A stretch of DNA of 64,000 nucleotides from an uncultured Spartobacteria bacterium (GCA_938011325.1 CALLUD010000011.1:126901-190900); one strand, 5' to 3'. Positions 26,799 through 37,405 are shown, numbered from the stretch's first letter. Made by a program: numbers and translations. Notes: generated by a model not told the origin, from the sequence alone.

Positions 26799-27817
26799 TT
26801 CTCCGGAACGAACTCCGTGGTCGGCTTCCCGCCGTAGGCGGTCACGGTCCGCGGAGCGCCTTTGCCACTCGCATACTTCGCGTATTCGACGATTCCGCGT
26901 GCAATGGCATCCGCCAGCTCATCACGCCAAGCGGCCGACTCGATGCGTTTCGCCTCCGCGGCATTCGTGAGAAATCCGCATTCGATGAGGATGGCCGGAA
27001 CTGTGGCGTAGCGAAGCACCGCAAACCTCGAGCGCTTCAACCCCCGGTCGTAAAAATCCATGCCGCCCAGAATCGAGTGCAGAACGGAGGCCGCCAGCAC
27101 GGCGTTTGTGCGCTCGAGGGCGTGCCCGGGCTCCTTCTCGTTATCGCGGGCCTGCACGCCTTTTTGCCCGGTGGGTGGTGTGCCTCGCGCGCTGATCGCG
27201 TAAACCTCGATGCCGTTCGCCGCACGGTTCCAGTCCGCCGAGTTGAAATGAATGCTGACAAAGATGCTGTTCTTGTATTTGCGAGCGATGCCCGGGCGGC
27301 TCGGCAGCTCGATAAACCGGTCGGAACTTCGCGTGAGCTGCACGTTGAATCCCGCCTTCTCCAGCTTCTTCCGCAAGCGCTGCACGACATCCAGCGTGTA
27401 TTCCTTCTCGTAGCCGTAGGGACTCCGCGCGCCACGGTCGTGGCCTCCGTGACCTGCGTCGAGGACAATCGTCTTCACCGGTGACGCCCCTTCAACTTTG
27501 TCGGGACGAAATGCCGGTTCAAGCGTGTGAACGACATCCACCCGCGAGAGGTAAGGCGCTCCACCACGTTCCTTGACGTCGAAGGCGAGCCAGGTGCGGG
27601 CGCCATTCACAATGGCATCGCGGCTGTCGAGCTTCACCCGGAGCGATCGTCCGTTTCCCGAAGCTCCAAACGCCTTGCGACCGATCGGCTCGGGTTTTCC
27701 CAACCCGTAAAATTCCGCAACCTCATTCAGCGAGACGTAATCACGCCCGCCGATCTCGACGACATTCCAATCGGCGCGCGCCGTCGTCATCAGCAAAGCT
27801 GCGGCCAGGAATGTCAT
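26795..27817 (-). CDS. N-acetylmuramoyl-L-alanine amidase (AmiC-like, N-terminal AMIN-like domain)
   Basis: Signal peptide MTFLAAALLMTTARA. Amidase_3 core IVLDAGHGGHDRGA...FVSIHFNSA...GIEVY...IECGFLTN. Start taken at 27817. Confidence 0.85.
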   Translation of the reverse strand: MTFLAAALLMTTARADWNVVEIGGRDYVSLNEVAEFYGLGKPEPIGRKAFGASGNGRSLRVKLDSRDAIVNGARTWLAFDVKERGGAPYLSRVDVVHTLEPAFRPDKVEGASPVKTIVLDAGHGGHDRGARSPYGYEKEYTLDVVQRLRKKLEKAGFNVQLTRSSDRFIELPSRPGIARKYKNSIFVSIHFNSADWNRAANGIEVYAISARGTPPTGQKGVQARDNEKEPGHALERTNAVLAASVLHSILGGMDFYDRGLKRSRFAVLRYATVPAILIECGFLTNAAEAKRIESAAWRDELADAIARGIVEYAKYASGKGAPRTVTAYGGKPTTEFVPEN

Positions 27818-27918
27818 CCATCGAGTCACGACGTGCAGCCTTCCACAGGGAGCTGATCGATTCAAGACACGGCGGCCACACGGCACATCGGCGCTGGAAA
27901 TCACCCGCGCCGGTTCAC

Positions 27919-29058
27919 TCACGCGGACTTTTGCCGGCGCGCCCTGCGGGCCGACCTCCACACGAAAATTCCCACGCCCGCCGTGGCCAGCAAGACGCCG
28001 GCGCGTGGTTCCGGCACCGGATACAGAAAGGGCTCCAGATAACCCATCTGGGGCGCGTCGACTCCGTCCTGCGGATTGAGATTCAAAAAATAATCGTCCG
28101 GCCACCACGGCCCGCCGGCCCACCACGTCCAGCCCGCCCACACATCGGAGTTGGCCTCCATGTATTCGAGCATTTCGGTAACCGCGGCCTGCTGCACCTC
28201 CCCCACTCCCACGCCGAACTCGCCGAGAAATCCCATGTTCCCGGTGAGTCGCAGCCACTCGGTGAAAGCCTCGAGCACCGCCACGCCATTGTGGGCGATC
28301 ACGGGCGAAGTGCCGCTGTAGTTTTCGTCGAGATACTGGTGGGCCTCGAAATACATTTTCGTTTCAAAGCCCTCGACGCCGGGGTCGACGACGTTTCCCA
28401 TCACCTGCGCATTCGGAGTGCCGTTTCCATTGCCGCTCACCCAGCTCCACGCGCCGCTGTAGTAGTTGCCGGACACGAGGATCGTGTTCGTGGCGCCGAC
28501 ACCTCGGATTGCGTTGATCGCGGCCTGCGCGGCACCCGCCCATTGCTCGGTCGTAATGACCGGGGTGCCGACCGGTTCATTCATCAGCCCGAAAAGCACC
28601 TTCGAATTCGATTTGAACTCGAGCGCGAGGTCCGACCAGAAGCTGGCAAAATCCTCGACCGTGACCTGCGGCGAGCCGATGGCGTAGGCCGTGCCATTCA
28701 TCACGTATTGGGCGTAGTCGTGCACGTCGAGAATCACGTTCGCGCCGGCGGCCGTGACTTGATCGACGAAACTGGAAAGCATCGCCCACTCCTCGCCGTC
28801 GAAACCGCCTCCCAATTCGGGCTGCAACCGCTCCCAGAGGAACGGCAGGCGGATCGTGTTCATGCCCTTCCCGAGGAAATACGAAACTTCGTCGAGCGTC
28901 GGGTAGGTGTAGTCCTTGCCGGGCTGGCCGGGAATCTTCGAGGGATACCCAAATTCCGCGCCGGCGAGATTCACCCCGACGTATTGAAGCGGCTCGGCTC
29001 TCGCGGCCGCCAAACAGCCGGCGATCAATCCGATCAGTATCAACGCGCGGGGGAACAT
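27919..29058 (-). CDS. GH5 endoglucanase (cellulase) with a C-terminal PEP-CTERM sorting tail
   Basis: Signal peptide MFPRALILIGLIAGCLAAARA. GVNLAGAEFG, NTIRLPFLWERLQP, VLFGLMNEP (acid/base Glu), FLGEFG (nucleophile Glu). The tail is VPEPRAGVLLATAGVGIFVWRSARRARR. Confidence 0.85.
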   Translation of the reverse strand: MFPRALILIGLIAGCLAAARAEPLQYVGVNLAGAEFGYPSKIPGQPGKDYTYPTLDEVSYFLGKGMNTIRLPFLWERLQPELGGGFDGEEWAMLSSFVDQVTAAGANVILDVHDYAQYVMNGTAYAIGSPQVTVEDFASFWSDLALEFKSNSKVLFGLMNEPVGTPVITTEQWAGAAQAAINAIRGVGATNTILVSGNYYSGAWSWVSGNGNGTPNAQVMGNVVDPGVEGFETKMYFEAHQYLDENYSGTSPVIAHNGVAVLEAFTEWLRLTGNMGFLGEFGVGVGEVQQAAVTEMLEYMEANSDVWAGWTWWAGGPWWPDDYFLNLNPQDGVDAPQMGYLEPFLYPVPEPRAGVLLATAGVGIFVWRSARRARRQKSA

Positions 29059-29106
29059 GCCTTTCGAGGAGAGCCCGTGCCGGCTCCCAATTTCCATTCG
29101 GAGATC

Positions 29107-30957
29107 CTAGCCCGACTGGTCGGCCTCTCCTTCTTCGATGGGCTCGTCTTTTTCAGGGGCGCTCGGTGCAAACACCTTCTTGAGGACCTTTCCAATCAAC
29201 GGCGCGGCATGCGAGCCGCCGTGCACGCTGTTGTCGCCGGGCGCGCCTTCGTAAACGGCTGCGAAGGCATACCGCGGATTTTCCGCAGGAGCGAATCCCG
29301 TGAACCACGCCGCGGTGCGCGCCTTGCTGCTGTCCCGACCGCCGCCCCATTGCGCGGTGCCCGTCTTCCCGGCAACGTGAATTCCATCCACCTGCGCGCG
29401 ATGCGCGGTGCCGTTGCCATCCTCGGTCACCTTGACCAATGCCTCGCGCAGCTGGTCCATCACCTCGGGCGTCATCGGCAGCTCGTCGCGGATGCGGTCC
29501 GGATAAGCGGCGACGACCTTGTTGTCGAGATTCTGGATCTGCTTCACGAGCCGCGTCTGATGAAACTTGCCACCGCTCGCGATCACGCCCATCGCCTGCG
29601 CCATCTGCACCGGAGTGATGAGGATGTCACCCTGGCCAATGCTCATGTTCGCGATGTCACCGTTGAGGATCTTCCGCTTGTGGACACGCAGCATGTATTC
29701 GTCGGTCGGGATGTTGCCTTTCTCCTCGGCCTTCAGCGGAAGTCCGGTGCGCTGGCCAAGCCCGAGACGATGCGCCCAATCAATGATCGGCTGCGCGCCG
29801 ATCTTCAGGCCAGCCTGATAAAACCACGTGTTGCACGACTGCGTGAGAGCCTCGACGAAGTTCAGCGAGCCGGCGTTGTATTTCTTCCAGTTGTGAAAAA
29901 CGAAATTGCCCACCGACAGCGCGGTCGGGCAGCTGAATTCCGTGTTGGGCTTGATCTTGCCTTCCTCCAGACCGGCCAGTCCCACGAAGGTCTTGAACGT
30001 CGATCCGGGCGGATACGCCGAGCGGAACGCGCGCGGAAGCAGCGGCACGGTGGGATCGCTCTGCACCGCGTCGAACTTCTCCTTGTCGACATAGGGCACG
30101 AAAATGTTCGGGTCGAACGTGGGCCATGAAGCCAGCGCGAGGATTTCCCCCGAGTTCGGGTCGATCACCACGATCGCGCCGCGTTTGCAATTCTCGGCCA
30201 GCACGTCCTCGCAGATCTTCTGCAGGTCGGCGTCAATTGTCGTGATGACGTTGTAGCCTGGCACCGGCGGCTGCGCGATGCGCTCGGAGGTCTTGCGGCC
30301 TTCCGCGTCGAACGTCACGTGAAGCTGGCCCGGAATGCCGCGCAACTCATCGTCGTAAATTTGCTCAAGGCCCTCGCGTCCCTCGTTCTCGGGAAAAATC
30401 ACGTCGCCGTTCTCGATCGGCCGAAGCGAAAGGGGGGCCTTTACGCCGACGTATCCGACGATGTGCGCCGCCAGCGACTTCTCCGGGTAAAACCGCACGT
30501 AGGTCTGGCGAAGAATGAGCGTCGGCGTCACGCCCGCCGCCACCACGGCCAGCTCCTGCGGCTGCAGGTCCTCGACGATGTCGTAGGGCAGCACGGCGCG
30601 GTTCCTGTAATGGTCGACCACCGCCTTTTCGTTCAGCGTGATCTCGCGACCGAGCAGCCCCTTTGCGAGGGTGACCTGCTGCCGCGCAAAGGCGAGAACC
30701 TCGTCGTCCGTGAAGTTCAGCGGCGTCGGAAAGCTGATCGCGAGGTTGTAGCTGAGCCGCGATTGCGCGAGCGGCTTTCCATTCCGGTCGGTAATGAGCC
30801 CGCGAGGCGCGGGAATGCCAAGCTGCCAGGTGCGCGCCTGCTTCTGGGTCTCCCACGTGGGTTTCGGGTTCTCGACCGTGCCCTGCGCCTCCAATATGGG
30901 CTCCTGGGCGAGTGCGGTGGATGCCAGGAAAAGAAAAAGGCGGGACAGCAACTTCAT
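29107..30957 (-). CDS. mrdA: Penicillin-binding protein 2 (elongasome transpeptidase)
   Basis: N-terminal dimerisation domain plus transpeptidase motifs PPGSTFK, SCN and KTGTA. Confidence 0.9.
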   Translation of the reverse strand: MKLLSRLFLFLASTALAQEPILEAQGTVENPKPTWETQKQARTWQLGIPAPRGLITDRNGKPLAQSRLSYNLAISFPTPLNFTDDEVLAFARQQVTLAKGLLGREITLNEKAVVDHYRNRAVLPYDIVEDLQPQELAVVAAGVTPTLILRQTYVRFYPEKSLAAHIVGYVGVKAPLSLRPIENGDVIFPENEGREGLEQIYDDELRGIPGQLHVTFDAEGRKTSERIAQPPVPGYNVITTIDADLQKICEDVLAENCKRGAIVVIDPNSGEILALASWPTFDPNIFVPYVDKEKFDAVQSDPTVPLLPRAFRSAYPPGSTFKTFVGLAGLEEGKIKPNTEFSCPTALSVGNFVFHNWKKYNAGSLNFVEALTQSCNTWFYQAGLKIGAQPIIDWAHRLGLGQRTGLPLKAEEKGNIPTDEYMLRVHKRKILNGDIANMSIGQGDILITPVQMAQAMGVIASGGKFHQTRLVKQIQNLDNKVVAAYPDRIRDELPMTPEVMDQLREALVKVTEDGNGTAHRAQVDGIHVAGKTGTAQWGGGRDSSKARTAAWFTGFAPAENPRYAFAAVYEGAPGDNSVHGGSHAAPLIGKVLKKVFAPSAPEKDEPIEEGEADQSG

Positions 30958-30978
30958 TTCGGGACCGTCATTGCTAAT

Positions 30979-31608
30979 TCACGATCCGCCTCCGCGCAAC
31001 CTCGAGCTGGCACTGTTCTTCGGCGTCGTGATATGCGCCGGTTTCAGATAGAGCGGCTCGAGCGTCCCCTCCACCGGCGAATCCTCCGCCGCAAGTCGCG
31101 CAAGGATCACCGCATCGGGGCAGGCCACCTGAACCTGCGGAAACTGTCGCAACGCAGCCGGCGCAAAGACGGGCAGGTGTTCCTGCACCCGAAATCGCTC
31201 CGCCAAGGCCTCCTCCGGCAGCAGCTCAAAATCCCCCACCAGCTCCCGAGCCGCGATTTCCGCGCAATAAAACACGCCTCCCCGCGCATCGCTCACCGCG
31301 AGATAGCGATCCGCATCACTCGGCAGTGCCCGCACCGACACGATCCCGACCAGCTCCGCGCCGGTGGCGATCCTCAATCCTTCTGCGGCCGCGATCGCGG
31401 TGCGCAGGCCGTTGTAGGAACCCGGGCCGATACCGACGCCGATGCGATCCGGACGCCCGCACTGCGTGACCGCCCGTTGAAGCACTTGAAAAAGTCCCGT
31501 GCCGCGCCCTCGGGGCGACTCGAAGGTCTCTGAAAACATCACCCGCTCCTCATCGAGCACCGCGAGGGATCCGACCGGTGCGGAACAATCGAACGCCAGC
31601 AGCTTCAT
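30979..31608 (-). CDS. tsaB: tRNA t6A37 biosynthesis protein TsaB
   Basis: [18 protein letters not shown]...IGVGIGPGSYNGLRTAIAAAEGL. Start taken at 31608. Confidence 0.85.
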   Translation of the reverse strand: MKLLAFDCSAPVGSLAVLDEERVMFSETFESPRGRGTGLFQVLQRAVTQCGRPDRIGVGIGPGSYNGLRTAIAAAEGLRIATGAELVGIVSVRALPSDADRYLAVSDARGGVFYCAEIAARELVGDFELLPEEALAERFRVQEHLPVFAPAALRQFPQVQVACPDAVILARLAAEDSPVEGTLEPLYLKPAHITTPKNSASSRLRGGGS

Positions 31609-32042
31609 TCTCCCGCCGCCCAGCGAATCCGCCGCGCATTTCCGTCGATTTCCACCACCAGTCGCCGCGCGTCCGGAGGAAGCAGCCCGGGAAAACGGTC
31701 GCCCCATTCCACGAGCACCAGCATGTCATCGCTCAGGTAATCGTCCCACCCCAGTCCCAGCACCTCGTCGGCGCTCTTCAGGCGATACCAGTCGAAATGC
31801 GCAATCGGCACGCGCCCGCCGCAGTATTCATGCACCAGCGTAAAGGTCGGACTGCTCACCTCGCCGTCGTGCCCAAGCGCTTCGGCGATGCCTTTCACGA
31901 GTTGCGTTTTGCCCGCCCCCAGCGGACCTTCCAGCGAAATCACTCCCCCCGGTTCCAGCTGCTCCGCAATGCGGCCTCCGAATGCCCGCGTCTCCTCAGG
32001 ACTTGAGCAGATGGCATCCCATTGCGGTTTTCCGTTTGTCAT
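31605..32042 (-). CDS. tsaE: tRNA t6A37 biosynthesis ATPase TsaE
   Basis: [23 protein letters not shown]...[10 protein letters not shown]...HFDWYRL. Overlaps tsaB by 4 nt. Confidence 0.85.
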   Translation of the reverse strand: MTNGKPQWDAICSSPEETRAFGGRIAEQLEPGGVISLEGPLGAGKTQLVKGIAEALGHDGEVSSPTFTLVHEYCGGRVPIAHFDWYRLKSADEVLGLGWDDYLSDDMLVLVEWGDRFPGLLPPDARRLVVEIDGNARRIRWAAGE

Positions 32043-32071
32043 GCTCCTGCGAATCTAGTTTCTTCGGCTCC

Positions 32072-33652
32072 ATGGACTCAACCTCCCTCTGGTCGCGATT
32101 TCAGAGCACGTTCCTTCGTTACACCGACCTCGGCATCTCGGTCGACATCAGTCGCATGAGTTTCGGCGACGACTTCTTCGACACGATGAAGCCAAAGATC
32201 GAGAAGGCCTTCGCGGACATGGCCGCACTCGAGTCCGGCGCCATCGCGAATCCCGACGAGAACCGGATGGTCGGTCATTACTGGCTGCGCGACGCCTCCC
32301 TCGCGCCGACCCCGGACCTTCGGGCGGACGTCGAGGATACGAAGAACGAGATTCTCGAATTCGCAAGGGCCGTGCATGCGGGCGAAATCACCGCGGCAAA
32401 CGGACAAAAATTCACCGACCTGCTTTCCATCGGCATCGGAGGATCGGCGCTCGGTCCGGAACTCGTCGCCGACGCCCTGTGGAGTCCGGAGAATCCGGTC
32501 CGGCTGCATTTCTTCGACAACACGGACCCGGACGGGTTCGTGAAGGTGTTCGACCAGATTGGCGACCGCCTCGCCACCACGCTCGTCGCGGTGATTTCGA
32601 AATCGGGCGGCACCAAGGAATCGCGCAACGGCATGCTTGTCGCGCAGGACGCCTTCAAAAAGGCGGGCATTCCTTTCGAGAAGCATTTCGTCGCAATCAC
32701 CGGCCGCGGAAGCCAGCTCGACCAGACGGCCGAAGGCGAAGGCTGGCTGCGCCGCTTCCCGATGTTTGACTGGATCGGCGGCCGCACTTCCGTGATGAGC
32801 GCGGTCGGATTGCTGCCCATGGCGATCCAGGGCCTCGATATCGAAGGATTTCTGCGGGGGGCGAAGGACATGGATGCCAAGACGCGCGTCCCGGAACTCG
32901 GCAGGAATGCCGCCATGTGGCTGGCGCTCATGTGGTGGTTCGCCGGCGGCGGCAAAGGCGCGAAGGACATGGTCGTCCTGCCCTACAAGGACCGCCTCCT
33001 CCTGTTCAGCCGCTATCTCCAGCAGCTCGTGATGGAATCGCTCGGCAAGCGGCTCGACCTCGATGGCAAGGTGGTGAACCAGGGCATCGCGGTTTACGGC
33101 AACAAGGGCTCCACCGACCAGCACGCGTATGTGCAGCAGCTCCGCGATGGCGTGAACAATTTCTTCGTCACGTTCATCGAGGTGCGCAAGGCGTCGTCGC
33201 AGCCCGAGATCGAAGTCGAGCCGGGCGTCACCAGCGGCGACTACCTGCACGGCTTCCTGCGCGGCACACGGAGCGCGCTTCACGAAGGCGGCCGCGACAC
33301 GATCACGGTCAGCATTCCCGAGGTGAATGCCTATTACCTCGGCGCCTTGATCGCCCTTTACGAGCGCGCGGTCGGATTCTACGGAACGCTGGTCAACATC
33401 AACGCCTATCACCAGCCCGGCGTGGAGGCCGGCAAGAAGGCCGCCGCGAAGGTTCTCGAAATTCAGGCAAAGGTCATCGCTGAGCTGAAGAAGAGCGGCA
33501 AGGCAAGCACTGCGGACGAGATCGCCGCCGTAATCGGCGAGGATCCGGAAACCATCTTCCACATCGCCACCCATCTCGCGGCAAACAATCCCTCGGTTCG
33601 CGCCACCTCCGGAGCCACACCGGCCGAGGACACCTTCCAATTCGCCGAATGA
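32072..33652 (+). CDS. pgi: Glucose-6-phosphate isomerase
   Basis: [20 protein letters not shown] and [15 protein letters not shown] are the PGI signature blocks. Start taken at the ATG at 32072. Confidence 0.9.
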   Translation: MDSTSLWSRFQSTFLRYTDLGISVDISRMSFGDDFFDTMKPKIEKAFADMAALESGAIANPDENRMVGHYWLRDASLAPTPDLRADVEDTKNEILEFARAVHAGEITAANGQKFTDLLSIGIGGSALGPELVADALWSPENPVRLHFFDNTDPDGFVKVFDQIGDRLATTLVAVISKSGGTKESRNGMLVAQDAFKKAGIPFEKHFVAITGRGSQLDQTAEGEGWLRRFPMFDWIGGRTSVMSAVGLLPMAIQGLDIEGFLRGAKDMDAKTRVPELGRNAAMWLALMWWFAGGGKGAKDMVVLPYKDRLLLFSRYLQQLVMESLGKRLDLDGKVVNQGIAVYGNKGSTDQHAYVQQLRDGVNNFFVTFIEVRKASSQPEIEVEPGVTSGDYLHGFLRGTRSALHEGGRDTITVSIPEVNAYYLGALIALYERAVGFYGTLVNINAYHQPGVEAGKKAAAKVLEIQAKVIAELKKSGKASTADEIAAVIGEDPETIFHIATHLAANNPSVRATSGATPAEDTFQFAE

Positions 33653-34047
33653 AACGCCTCGGCATGCTCTGCGTGCTCGCTGCCTTTGCACTTGCCGCCT
33701 GCGACAGTCCGCAGCGGACGGTCGAGCAGCTGCGCGCCGAGATTGCCGCCTACAAGGCCACCCCCACCGACGAGGCTCAGGAAAAGATCGAGGCATCGTT
33801 GGAAAAACTCGAAGCCCAGATCGACGAGCTCGAAGCGAAGGGACGCACCGCCGAAGCCGCAAACCTCCGTGCCAGCGAGCAGAATCTCCGCGCGGATTAT
33901 CGCGCGGCGCGCATGATTCGCACGATGAAGGACGCGCAATCAGCGATCGAGGGCATCGGCAACGCATTCAAGGAGGCGGGCCGCTCGATCGGCGAGGCGT
34001 TTCGGGAGCTGAAAGAGCCCGAAGACCCGGATTCCACCTCGGAGTAA
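33649..34047 (+). CDS. Lipoprotein, coiled-coil-rich, function unknown
   Basis: Lipobox in [22 protein letters not shown] overlap with the pgi stop. Confidence 0.65.
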   Translation: MKRLGMLCVLAAFALAACDSPQRTVEQLRAEIAAYKATPTDEAQEKIEASLEKLEAQIDELEAKGRTAEAANLRASEQNLRADYRAARMIRTMKDAQSAIEGIGNAFKEAGRSIGEAFRELKEPEDPDSTSE

Positions 34048-34050
34048 TCG

Positions 34051-34242
34051 ATGGACCCGCGGCAACAGCGAGTGAAAGCCCTGGCCGCCGGGACGATCGC
34101 CGTGGGCGCCTTTGCTCTCGGGGCCATTTCGATCGGCGCCATCGCGATCGGCTGCCTCGCAATCGGCAAAGTGAAGATTTCCTCGTTGCGCATCGGCCGC
34201 CTCGAAGTCGACCGACTCGTCGTGCGCAACCCGGGCGACTAG
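34051..34242 (+). CDS. Small glycine-zipper membrane protein (63 aa)
   Basis: ALAAGTIAVGAFALGAISIGAIAIGCLAIGKVKISSLRIGRLEVDRLVV, with GC-rich third codon positions. Confidence 0.5.
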   Translation: MDPRQQRVKALAAGTIAVGAFALGAISIGAIAIGCLAIGKVKISSLRIGRLEVDRLVVRNPGD

Positions 34243-34934
34243 CCGCTCCGGCGCTCCCGACGCGTTGCGGCGCGCGCGCCCTCAATCACGAGGCAGATTT
34301 CACCCTTGGGAGGATGCGCGGTGTAGTGCTCCACCAGCACGCCGGGGAATCCACGCCGGAACTCCTCGAATTTTTTCGTCAGCTCGCGAGCGACGCAGAC
34401 GATCCGCTCCGGCGTCACCTCCGCCAGAGCCGACAGCGTTTTGAGAAGCCGATGCGGCGATTCGTAGAAAATCGTGGTCTCCTCGCGATCGCGCGCCTGT
34501 TCGAGCAATCGCGCCCGCTGTCCCGATTTCACCGGCAGAAATCCCCCGAAAAAGAACGCCTCTGCATCGAGTCCGCTGCCGACCAGCGCGGTGATGGCCG
34601 CACATGGGCCGGGAAGAATGGAATACTCGAGCCCGTTCTCGATGCATGCCGCGACGAGCCGGGCTCCAGGATCCGAAATCGACGGAGTTCCCGCGTCCGT
34701 GATCAACGCGACATGCGCCCCCTCCCGCAGTCGCTCGATCAACTCCGCCGTGCGCATCGCTTCGTTGTGCTCGTGGAAGCTGAGCATCGGCTTCGAAATG
34801 CCATGATGCTGCAGCAGCATCCCGGAGTGCCGGGTATCCTCCGCGGCAACAATGTCGGCCTCGCGCAACACCTCCAGCGCCCGGAGCGTGATGTCCGCAA
34901 GGTTGCCAATGGGCGTCGGAACTACGGTGAGCAT
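34239..34934 (-). CDS. rsmI: 16S rRNA (cytidine1402-2'-O)-methyltransferase
   Basis: LTVVPTPIGNLADITLRALEVLREADIVAAEDTRHSG...ITDAGTPSISDPG. Confidence 0.9.
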   Translation of the reverse strand: MLTVVPTPIGNLADITLRALEVLREADIVAAEDTRHSGMLLQHHGISKPMLSFHEHNEAMRTAELIERLREGAHVALITDAGTPSISDPGARLVAACIENGLEYSILPGPCAAITALVGSGLDAEAFFFGGFLPVKSGQRARLLEQARDREETTIFYESPHRLLKTLSALAEVTPERIVCVARELTKKFEEFRRGFPGVLVEHYTAHPPKGEICLVIEGARAATRRERRSG

Positions 34935-34999
34935 TTTCGAATTCGACTCAACAGCGCTCCCGCGGCGATCGAGACCTGCGCTCCGTGACGCGAGACCGC

Positions 35000-35512
35000 C
35001 TAGAATCCTTCCGCAATCCTGCCAACCAGCTTTTGCGCGAGTTCATTGATCGCGGTAATGATTGCCTGGCGTTCGTCGGTCTGCAGGTCGTTGTTGATGA
35101 AGAACGAGGTGTCGCCGGTGATCGTGCCGCGCTGCAACGTCACGCCGGTGACGCGATCCACGAGCTCGTATTTCAGCTCGAGCTTCAACGTGAACTCGCG
35201 AGTCGCGAGCACATTGTTCAACACCGCGCGGGCCTGCCGTCTCTCGATTGAATCGAGCGTGCAATACAGGATCGCATCGGCGCGATCATCGGAGACGATC
35301 TCGTAGGTTCCATCCTGCTGAAACGCCTTCACCGTCGAATCGGCGAGCAGCACTTCGATACGGGGTTCGAGCGTCTTGTTCTTGAAGGTCGGGATCGCGA
35401 GCTTGGTGACGTTTCGTAGAAGCGCCGGTTTCGCGGAACCCAGTTGATAGCCACACGAGGAGAGAACACCGACCACCGCGCCAATCAGGAGAATGCGAAA
35501 AGGCGTCTTCAT
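35000..35512 (-). CDS. lptE: LptE-like LPS-assembly lipoprotein
   Basis: Lipobox VLSSCGYQLG, about 170 aa, and positioned next to the BamD-like gene with a 4-nt overlap. Confidence 0.65.
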   Translation of the reverse strand: MKTPFRILLIGAVVGVLSSCGYQLGSAKPALLRNVTKLAIPTFKNKTLEPRIEVLLADSTVKAFQQDGTYEIVSDDRADAILYCTLDSIERRQARAVLNNVLATREFTLKLELKYELVDRVTGVTLQRGTITGDTSFFINNDLQTDERQAIITAINELAQKLVGRIAEGF

Positions 35513-36768
35513 TCGGTCGGCAGTTCGGGTTCGACGGCTGGCATTGGACGGACGTCATCGACCGACGTGCGCATCTGCGGCGCACTGATCGGCAGCTCAT
35601 CCGGAACAATCTCACGTTTTGGCGGGCCGTTGTAATCGGCAAGCGCGGAGGTTTCCACCTGGGCCTGGAGGCGGCGCCGCAGCGCCATCTTCTCGCCGGT
35701 TTCCGCCTTCTCGGGACCCGTGCGCAGCGCGTCGTCGCCATACTGGCTGCGGAGCTCCTCGATCCGGGACATGGCGATATCCGCCTGCTTGGTGTTCGGC
35801 TGACGGCGGATCACGTCGTTGTAGTAGATGAAGGCGGCCTTGAGATCCTTGTGAAACTCGTAGAACCGCGCGATGCGGAAAATGTCATCCGACTCCGCGT
35901 CGCCGAGCATGGCGAGATTCTCGCGGGCCTGCGGGGCCTTTTCGCTGTTCGGATATTCGATGAGGAAGTCTTCAAACGTGTTTCTCGCAGCCACGAGCGA
36001 GGAAAGGTCCTGCGATTGCTGGGCAAAGCCAATGCGCAGATACACGTAGGCAATCTGGTAAAGCGCGTCGTCGCAGACGTCGCTGTTCGGGTAGGTGTCG
36101 AGGACCTTCTGGTAGGCCTTGATCGCCTCGAACGGCTGGCTCTGCTTTTCGTAGGAGAGGCCGAGGTTGAACTGTGCAACCGGCGCGTATTTGCTGAAGG
36201 GCGCGTTCGCGAGGATGTCGGCATACATCTCCTGCGCGCGCTTGGCGGAGTTGCCGACGGGAATGCCGAGAAATTTCTGCGGACGTCCCTCGAGATATTT
36301 GTTCGCAATCGCGACCTGCGCGGCGACCGCACGTTCGAAATTCGGCGTGTCGGGATAGCGGGTCAGCAGCGCCTGGTAGGCGTTGAAGGCTCGTGAAAGA
36401 TCTCCACGTGCCTCGAGCAGCTCGGCGAGCCGGTATTGGGCCTTCGCGGCCTCGGGAGCCAGCGGATATTTCTTCAACGCGGCACGATACTGGGCGATCG
36501 CCTCGGTGACATTGCCCGCCTGGTCGTTCGCCTCGGCGGAGGCGTAGAGCTGGGTGGCCGCAGCGACATCTGCGGAGGACGGCACCACCTGCAAATCCGG
36601 CTCCTGGGAAGGCGGCGAAAGCTCGCGGGAATCGCTCAGCTCCTGCGGGCGGATCCGCGACGGTGTAAGCGCCTGCGCGGTCACCTCGGTCAGCGAGGCA
36701 AACAGAAACACGCAGAAGACCCCGGGCCGCACAAGCCGTTCACCCAGAGTGCAAATACCGCCAAGCAT
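35509..36768 (-). CDS. BamD/YfiO-like TPR outer-membrane assembly lipoprotein with a C-terminal extension
   Basis: TPR-like repeats (AIAQYRAALKKYPLAPEAAKAQYRLAELL, AYQALLTRYPDTPNFERA, AYQKVLDTYPNSDVCDDALYQIAYVY). The start is uncertain; the ORF reaches 36873. Confidence 0.7.
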   Translation of the reverse strand: MLGGICTLGERLVRPGVFCVFLFASLTEVTAQALTPSRIRPQELSDSRELSPPSQEPDLQVVPSSADVAAATQLYASAEANDQAGNVTEAIAQYRAALKKYPLAPEAAKAQYRLAELLEARGDLSRAFNAYQALLTRYPDTPNFERAVAAQVAIANKYLEGRPQKFLGIPVGNSAKRAQEMYADILANAPFSKYAPVAQFNLGLSYEKQSQPFEAIKAYQKVLDTYPNSDVCDDALYQIAYVYLRIGFAQQSQDLSSLVAARNTFEDFLIEYPNSEKAPQARENLAMLGDAESDDIFRIARFYEFHKDLKAAFIYYNDVIRRQPNTKQADIAMSRIEELRSQYGDDALRTGPEKAETGEKMALRRRLQAQVETSALADYNGPPKREIVPDELPISAPQMRTSVDDVRPMPAVEPELPTE

Positions 36769-36880
36769 GAGGAGCGTGAAACTATTGGGTGCGTGGTAAA
36801 GCGTCAAGGCCCGGACAGAGTTCGACCGGCGGGCGCAATCCGGAATGGGGACGCGCGACGCCGGTCGATTCAAAGTCCGA

Positions 36881-37405
36881 TTATTCCTCGGAGGCCTTCT
36901 TCCTGGCCGCGGGCTTTTTCTTCGGCTTTTCCTCCGCAGCGGGTTCGGCCGCGGCTTCAGCAGCCGGCTCCTCCTTTGCCTTCGCAGACTTTTTCGGAGC
37001 GGACTTCTTTGCCTTGGTCTCGGCCGGCTCGACCGGCTCAGCCTCGACCGGGGCGTCCACCCACTCGATGAATGCCATCGGAGCGGCGTCGCTCTGGCGC
37101 TGGCCGAGCTTGATGATGCGGGTGTAACCGCCGTTGCGGTTCGCGGCGCGTGGCGCCACCTCCTCGAAGAGCTTCTTCACGGCGTCCTTCTGGCGGAGAT
37201 AGGAAATGGCCAGACGGCGGGCGTGGAGATCGCCACGCTTGCCGAGGGTGAGCATTTTCTCCGCGAACGGACGGACCGCCTTCGCCTTCGCGAGCGTGGT
37301 CTTGATGCGGTTGTGCTGGATCAGGCTCACGACCTGGTTCGCAAGCAGGGCGTCGCGATGGGCCTGGGAACGGCCGAGCTTCACGGTTTTTTTACGATGT
37401 CTCAT
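36881..37405 (-). CDS. rplQ: 50S ribosomal protein L17 with a Lys/Ala/Glu/Pro-rich C-terminal extension
   Basis: [42 protein letters not shown]...[12 protein letters not shown]. Confidence 0.95.
   Translation of the reverse strand: MRHRKKTVKLGRSQAHRDALLANQVVSLIQHNRIKTTLAKAKAVRPFAEKMLTLGKRGDLHARRLAISYLRQKDAVKKLFEEVAPRAANRNGGYTRIIKLGQRQSDAAPMAFIEWVDAPVEAEPVEPAETKAKKSAPKKSAKAKEEPAAEAAAEPAAEEKPKKKPAARKKASEE

Noticed and set aside
27811-30129. 772-aa plus-strand ORF
   Set aside because: It is antisense to the GH5 and PBP2 genes, which have clear catalytic motifs. Its translation is Arg/His/Gly-rich with no recognisable domain.
32078-33967. 629-aa minus-strand ORF
   Set aside because: It is antisense to pgi and the downstream lipoprotein gene.
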